Assembly: GCA_963746845.1 (NCBI GenBank)
Contig: CAVVCZ010000002.1
Span: 231,361-295,360, forward strand
Length of the DNA stretch: 64,000 bases
Direction: 5' to 3'
DNA from: an uncultured Chloroflexia bacterium
GTDB taxonomy: Bacteria; Chloroflexota; Limnocylindria; Limnocylindrales; CSP1-4
This document shows, one piece after another, positions 59,178 through 64,000 of the stretch. The notes under the pieces were generated by a model. It did no database searches and was not told the origin of the DNA. It was given only the letters and a program-made list of their open reading frames with translations. The position numbers and the translations under genes are program-made. Position 1 is the stretch's first letter, and each line of letters opens with the position of its first letter.

Positions 59178-59643
59178 ATGAGGATCGGCGAACTCGCTGA
59201 AGCCGTTGGCGTCTCGACCGACACCGTGCGCTTCTATGAACGCTCCGGCTGGTTACCCCGGGCGAGCCGGCGGGATAACGCATACCGCGAGTACGGACCG
59301 GCCGACGTCGAGCATCTGCGCTTGATCATCGACCTGCGGCGCCTGGATCTCCCGCTCGAGGACGCCGCGCAGAATCGCGGGCTGGTGTCATTCCGGGCAC
59401 TGCGGTGATTCGACCGTCGAGCTACCGCGGATGATCGAGACGCGACGCGCCGAGATCGCCGACAGGATCGCCAGCCTTCACGCCCTTGATGCGAAGTTGG
59501 CCGGACTACAGGGACACCTTGAACGACCGCGCCGGTCGCTCGCGGTCATCGACGGTCCGTGCTGTGACGCGGCGGACGCCGTCGTCGGAGCCGCGGAGGG
59601 CGGCTGCGCGTGCTGTTCGTCGGAGCCCGCCGCCGCGAACTAG
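59178..59643 (+). pseudogene. MerR-family regulator with Cys-rich C-terminus; frameshift near 59370
   Basis: MRIGELA..GVSTDTVRFYE HTH; WCHSGHC, PCC and CACC motifs. Confidence 0.85.
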
Positions 59644-59952
59644 GTCCGTCGCGTTGTCGATGACGCCTGGCCTAGGTGCGCGAGGTTCCTATCGAGCCTT
59701 CGACAGCCCGGCACCCATCCTTCCCGGCCGCCGGTCGTCGGGCCGGCTCGCGCGCGCCATACGGTGGCCGCCGCAAGCCAACGGGGATTCGACCGCAACG
59801 TCACCGCGATCTGGCGGTCCGCTTTGCACGCTCACGCTTCGAGCGATCGAACGGACATCCGTCCCACCCATGTCCGCGCGGCATCGCAGCGGAACTCCCA
59901 ACTCCACGCACAAATGGATGCCAGGGTCTGGCGGGTAGTTGGATCCTCACGA

Positions 59953-61464
59953 TCAGTCGCGGCGAAGCACCATCGACGCGACGCCACCGATCACGATGAC
60001 GAGCCCGACGACCGCCAGCACGATGACGAGCGGGTTCTGGTAGTCGCTGGCAGTGGAGGTGGCCGGGAGGGGCGTGTTCACGAAGAACGCGGCCGTCATC
60101 CCGCCACCCGTCGGATCGGCGATGCACACCAGCGTGCCGGCGTTGAAGCAATCCTGGCCGGCGATCGGGCTGGTCGGATGGAACGGCGCCGCGTTCGCGA
60201 GCGCGTAGCCCGGTGGCGCCACCGTCTCGATGATCCAATAGGTGGCTGTCGGCAGGCCCCGGAGCACGGCGATCCCGCTCGGGTCGGAGACCTGGAAGAG
60301 CACCGGGCCGTCGAGGTCGCGCTGGAACACCCCGTCGCCGTTGTCCGGTGCGACGGCATACGTGGCGCCGGCCAGCAGGAGATCGTCCGCTCGGTCGGCG
60401 GTGCCGCGGTCGTCGACGGTCACCATCGCCACGCGAACGAGTGGAGGAGACGGTGGTGTGGCCGACGGTGACGGGCTCGGCGACGGTGACGGGCTCGGCG
60501 ACGGTGACGGGCTCGGCGACGGCGACGGGCTCGGCGACGGTGATGGCGACGGCGATGGGCTGGGCGACGGCGACGGGCTGGGCGACGGTGACGGGCTCGG
60601 CGGTGGCGACGGGCTTGCACTCGGCGTCGGCGAAGGGGTGGGCGTCGGCGACGGGGTCGGGGTCGGGGTCGGCGTCGGCGTCGGGGTGGGGGTCGGGGCA
60701 GGAGTCTTCGTCGGCGCGACGGTCGGGGTCGGCGAGGGCGTCGGCGAAGGCGTCGGGACCGGTGTCGCCGACGGCGACGGCGCCGCGCAGTTGATCGCGG
60801 CCGACGTCGTGAGGTCGAAGATCGCGGCACGCCGCTCCACGACGGAGATCACCAGGCCGTGGATCTGGAGCGGGACGGTCCCCGCGGCGAGTGGCGCCGA
60901 CGCCTCGAAGCCGCCGAGCACGGGCAGGCCCGTCAGGCTCGGGGCGCCGGAGGGCAGCGCAACGCCGGACGGAAGTGGCGGAACCGTCGGGTTCGGTGCC
61001 GCAGACGTGCTCGGTCCACCGGAGGCCGCCGCCGTGGCCGTCTGGATCGGGACGCCGGCGACGTCCGGGGGAGTCCCGTCGTTGCCGGTCGCGACGTCCA
61101 CGAGGACGGTGTCGCCGCTCTTGACGAACGAGTCGTCCGGCGACGGGACCAGGTAGAACGTCGGGGCCGTCCGGACGAGGAGATAGAGCGTGTTCGTCCC
61201 GCAGTCGTACCGGGCGAACGATTGGGCGAGGACCGGCTTGGTCGTGTCGCCGCTCTCGTACATCGGCCCGAGCGCGTCGGCCGTGAGATCCCAGTCCGTG
61301 ACCGCGCCGTCGATCGTGATCCCGGCGGGCGTCACCACGTGGATGGGCTGGTCGGCCGCCTGGCCGACGGGCGCGAGCAGCGGGACGAGCGCCAGCCCGG
61401 CCACGATGGGGATCAGGGCGTGGCGGCGGATGGAGCGGGGGCGGCGGACGCGACTGTGAGCCAC
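59953..61464 (-). CDS. Secreted, probably sortase-anchored surface protein with PT/PS linker and SpaA/Cna-B-like domain
   Basis: GAGGAGG RBS, signal peptide, [13 protein letters not shown]-terminal LPATS + TM + RR. Confidence 0.8.
   Translation of the reverse strand: MAHSRVRRPRSIRRHALIPIVAGLALVPLLAPVGQAADQPIHVVTPAGITIDGAVTDWDLTADALGPMYESGDTTKPVLAQSFARYDCGTNTLYLLVRTAPTFYLVPSPDDSFVKSGDTVLVDVATGNDGTPPDVAGVPIQTATAAASGGPSTSAAPNPTVPPLPSGVALPSGAPSLTGLPVLGGFEASAPLAAGTVPLQIHGLVISVVERRAAIFDLTTSAAINCAAPSPSATPVPTPSPTPSPTPTVAPTKTPAPTPTPTPTPTPTPTPSPTPTPSPTPSASPSPPPSPSPSPSPSPSPSPSPSPSPSPSPSPSPSPSPSPSPSPSPSPSPSATPPSPPLVRVAMVTVDDRGTADRADDLLLAGATYAVAPDNGDGVFQRDLDGPVLFQVSDPSGIAVLRGLPTATYWIIETVAPPGYALANAAPFHPTSPIAGQDCFNAGTLVCIADPTGGGMTAAFFVNTPLPATSTASDYQNPLVIVLAVVGLVIVIGGVASMVLRRD
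60463..60760 (-). repeat. PS/PT dipeptide repeat (18-bp and 6-bp units)
   Basis: Repeated CGACGGTGACGGGCTCGG on the + strand. Confidence 0.9.
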
Positions 61465-61775
61465 GGAGCTCCTCCTCGTGCCGCCGATGTCCGGCGTCGA
61501 TGGATGGTGAAGGATACCGGACGGTCGGCTGAGCGCTCCGACGGATGGCTCGCCATGCCTGCCGCCGGGCCGCCTCCATTCCCGCAGAGGCTCCGCGAAC
61601 CGTCGAGGTGGCCCGCCCCCGTGCGGTGCCACCGGTTGGCGCCCGACGCCGGCGATCCACTCGGCCCGACGTCGATCTGGCGCCCGATCCGGGCGTCTCG
61701 GTCCGTTGTCGTCACCCGGGGGACGAATTGGCAGATCCGGCAGATCGGGCGGGCCGCGTCGGGGACAATGAGGAA

Positions 61776-62696
61776 GTGACAACCCGTCCGATCCGTGTCG
61801 GCGTCCAGCTGCCCGAGGTGGAGCGCGAGGTCCGCTGGCCGGAGCTCCTCGACATGGCCCGGGCGATCGACGACCTCGGCTTCGACGGCATCTGGCTCGG
61901 CGAGCACCTCCTGTACCGCTGGGACGGCCGACCGGCCCGCGGCCCATGGGAGGCATGGACGCTCATGGCCGCGCTCGCGGCGACGACGACCCGGGCGACG
62001 ATCGGCCCCCTCGTTGCGTGCACGAACTTCCACAACCCGGCACTGCTCGCCAAGCAGGCGGCGACGATCGACGAGATCGGTGGCGGCCGGTTCGTCCTCG
62101 GTCTCGGGGCGGGCTGGAACGAGACCGAGTTCCGTGCCTTCGGCTTCCCGTACGACGAGCGGGTGAACCGGTTCGAGGAGGCGTTCACGATCATCCGGAC
62201 CCTGCTCCAGGAGGGCGCGATCGACTTCGAGGGGCGGTTCTACCAGGCTCGTGACTGCGAGCTCCTCCCGCGAGCCCGGCCCGGCGGTCCGCCGCTCCTC
62301 ATCGGTTCGAACGGGCCGCGGATGCTCCGGATCACGATGCCCCATGCCCACGCGTGGAACACCTGGTATGCGGACACGGACAACACGCCCGCGGGGGTTG
62401 CGCCCCTCGCCGCGATCGTCGACGAGGCCTGTCGGGCCGTTGGCCGCGACCCGGCCGCGATCCGTCGAACCGTCGCGGTCCACGTCCGCCTGCCCGGCGG
62501 CCGGGGGCGGACGATGGGCGACACGACGACGACCGATCGGATCGTCCCCCTCGAGGGGGCGCCGGAGCGGATGGCGGACGAGCTCCGGGCCTACGCGGCC
62601 GCCGGCGTCGACGAGGTCCAGGCCGTGCTCGATCCGATCGACCTGGCGTCGATCGTGCAATTCGCAGCGGTGCTGCCGCTTCTCGACCGGGCCTGA
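61776..62696 (+). CDS. LLM-class flavin/F420-dependent oxidoreductase
   Basis: [31 protein letters not shown] and GPRML motifs. Confidence 0.92.
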   Translation: MTTRPIRVGVQLPEVEREVRWPELLDMARAIDDLGFDGIWLGEHLLYRWDGRPARGPWEAWTLMAALAATTTRATIGPLVACTNFHNPALLAKQAATIDEIGGGRFVLGLGAGWNETEFRAFGFPYDERVNRFEEAFTIIRTLLQEGAIDFEGRFYQARDCELLPRARPGGPPLLIGSNGPRMLRITMPHAHAWNTWYADTDNTPAGVAPLAAIVDEACRAVGRDPAAIRRTVAVHVRLPGGRGRTMGDTTTTDRIVPLEGAPERMADELRAYAAAGVDEVQAVLDPIDLASIVQFAAVLPLLDRA

Positions 62697-62790
62697 GGTT
62701 CCGCGCACAGAACACGACGGACAGGCACGCCCGGCGGTACTTCTGTAGGGTTCAGTTCGTGCGATCCACGGTGCTAGCATCCCGCCGGCG

Positions 62791-63474
62791 ATGCGACATT
62801 CAAATCATCAATCACGGGAACGCCGGCTGCCGGCCCGGGTGGCCGGCATCGCCATGATCGTCGCGACCACGCTCGTCGTGGCCTGTGGCGGCTCGGCCAC
62901 GCCCTCGGGCGCGCCGAGCGCGCTCCCGACGCCCGTGATCACCCCGGATCCGCATCGTCGCGAGCCGGTCACCGCAGATGACATCTTCCTGGCGCTCGGC
63001 AGCGCAAAGCTCGGCATCCGGGCGAACAATGCGAACTCCGGCCAGGGCAATCCGGTCATCGTCAAGCAGATCAATGCCGACATCGGCAACTGGCCGCTGC
63101 AAATCACGCAGTACCGCAGCGCAGCCGACCTCCACAAGGCCCTCGACTGGAAGCCCGGCTCCAAGCCGGTCCGGAACGAGACGCCGTACGCCTTCGCCGG
63201 GCTGAACGTCCTCGTCGAGTACGGGCCCGTCAGCTCGGCGGCGACGCCGAAGGCCCCGGACGACACGCGTCAGGCCCTCGCCGCCCAGATCGTCGGGGTC
63301 CTGGATCCGCTCCTGTGGCCGCTGGACCAGCACTCGGTCCTGGCGATCCCCTCGAAGACGCCGGAGCCGACCCCGGCCCCGACCGTCTCGGCCGCGCCGA
63401 CCAAGGCACCCACGAAGCCGCCGGCAAAGACGCCGAGGCCAGCGAAGACACCGAAGCCGACCACGAAGCCGTGA
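62791..63474 (+). CDS. Hypothetical lipoprotein with Pro/Lys/Thr-rich tail
   Basis: Lipobox VVAC; PTKAPTKPPAKTP tail. Confidence 0.7.
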   Translation: MRHSNHQSRERRLPARVAGIAMIVATTLVVACGGSATPSGAPSALPTPVITPDPHRREPVTADDIFLALGSAKLGIRANNANSGQGNPVIVKQINADIGNWPLQITQYRSAADLHKALDWKPGSKPVRNETPYAFAGLNVLVEYGPVSSAATPKAPDDTRQALAAQIVGVLDPLLWPLDQHSVLAIPSKTPEPTPAPTVSAAPTKAPTKPPAKTPRPAKTPKPTTKP

Positions 63475-63960
63475 CCGGCCAGCGCCGCTCCCCCGGGCGC
63501 GCCGGCGAAGACGTCTCCAGAGCTCGACAAGCGGATCATCGAGCACCTCCAGCAGGACGGCCGTCGGCCGTTCACCCAGATCGCCGCCGACCTCGGCGTG
63601 TCCGAGGCCGCGGTCCGCGCCCGGACGAACCGTCTCGTGGACCGCGGGATCCTCCAGGTCGTCGGTGTCACGGATCCGTTGAAGCTCGGCTTCCAGCAGA
63701 TGGCGATGATCGGCATCCGGTGCGAGGCGGACCGGCTGATGGAGGTCGCCGCGCGCTGCGCCGAGGATGTCCGAGGTCGACTACGTCGTCATCACCGCCG
63801 GCACCTACGACATCCTGATCGAGACCGTGTGCGAGGACAACGAGGGGTCTGCTCCCGGTTCCTCGCGGATCGCCTGCGGACGATCGACGGGGTGCGCGAC
63901 ACCGAGACGTTCGTGTACCTGCGGATGGTCAAGCAGTCGTACCAGTGGGGCACGCGCTAG
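63471..63960 (+). pseudogene. Lrp/AsnC-family regulator, apparent frameshifts
   Basis: LQQDGRRPFTQIAADLGVSEAAVRAR HTH; ITAGTYDILIE in an alternate frame; TETFVYL. Confidence 0.8.
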
Positions 63961-64000
63961 GCCGGTCCACGGTCGAGCGGGACGCGGGCGGTGCGCCGCC

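Noticed and set aside
59780-59800. GGGGATTCGAC resembling a tmRNA or tRNA end or an att site
   Set aside because: No acceptor stem or cloverleaf, and no match to the tRNA-Pro 3' end
60242-61156. GDGDGL-repeat ORF resembling a Ca-binding or collagen-like protein
   Set aside because: It is the antisense reading of the PS repeat in the - strand surface protein

Overview
High-GC bacterial window; gene content and style suggest a Chloroflexota (Limnocylindria-like) genome, which is inference only. 1-26.3 kb is a large surface-glycan locus: six GT4-type glycosyltransferases, Wzm/Wzt, a nucleotide-sugar dehydrogenase, a nonulosonic acid pathway (PseC, PseG, PseI, PseF/SpsF and a CapD-type dehydratase), tailoring enzymes (two methyltransferases, ATP-grasp, HAD), a candidate nonulosonate transferase and a YfhO-type membrane protein. 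26.4-32.8 kb is housekeeping (PPIase, mazG, rph, rdgB, LOG, LCP). About 33-60 kb is an accessory region, visibly less GC-extreme from about 34.8 kb, around tRNA-Pro(TGG). It holds a LacI/ABC/GH13_18 phosphorylase operon, a 3.8 kb two-component cassette bracketed by a duplicated 5' half of the tRNA plus its leader, a TetR/DUF4242-adenylate cyclase module divergent from SRPBCC and monooxygenase genes, several transporters, and a DUF2652(cyclase-fold)-SRPBCC/VOC operon with MerR-type operator-like sites. 60-64 kb has a probable sortase-anchored PS-repeat protein, an LLM oxidoreductase, a lipoprotein and an Lrp regulator. Several genes have single-base frameshifts that may be read errors. All calls come from motif recognition by eye; no searches were run.
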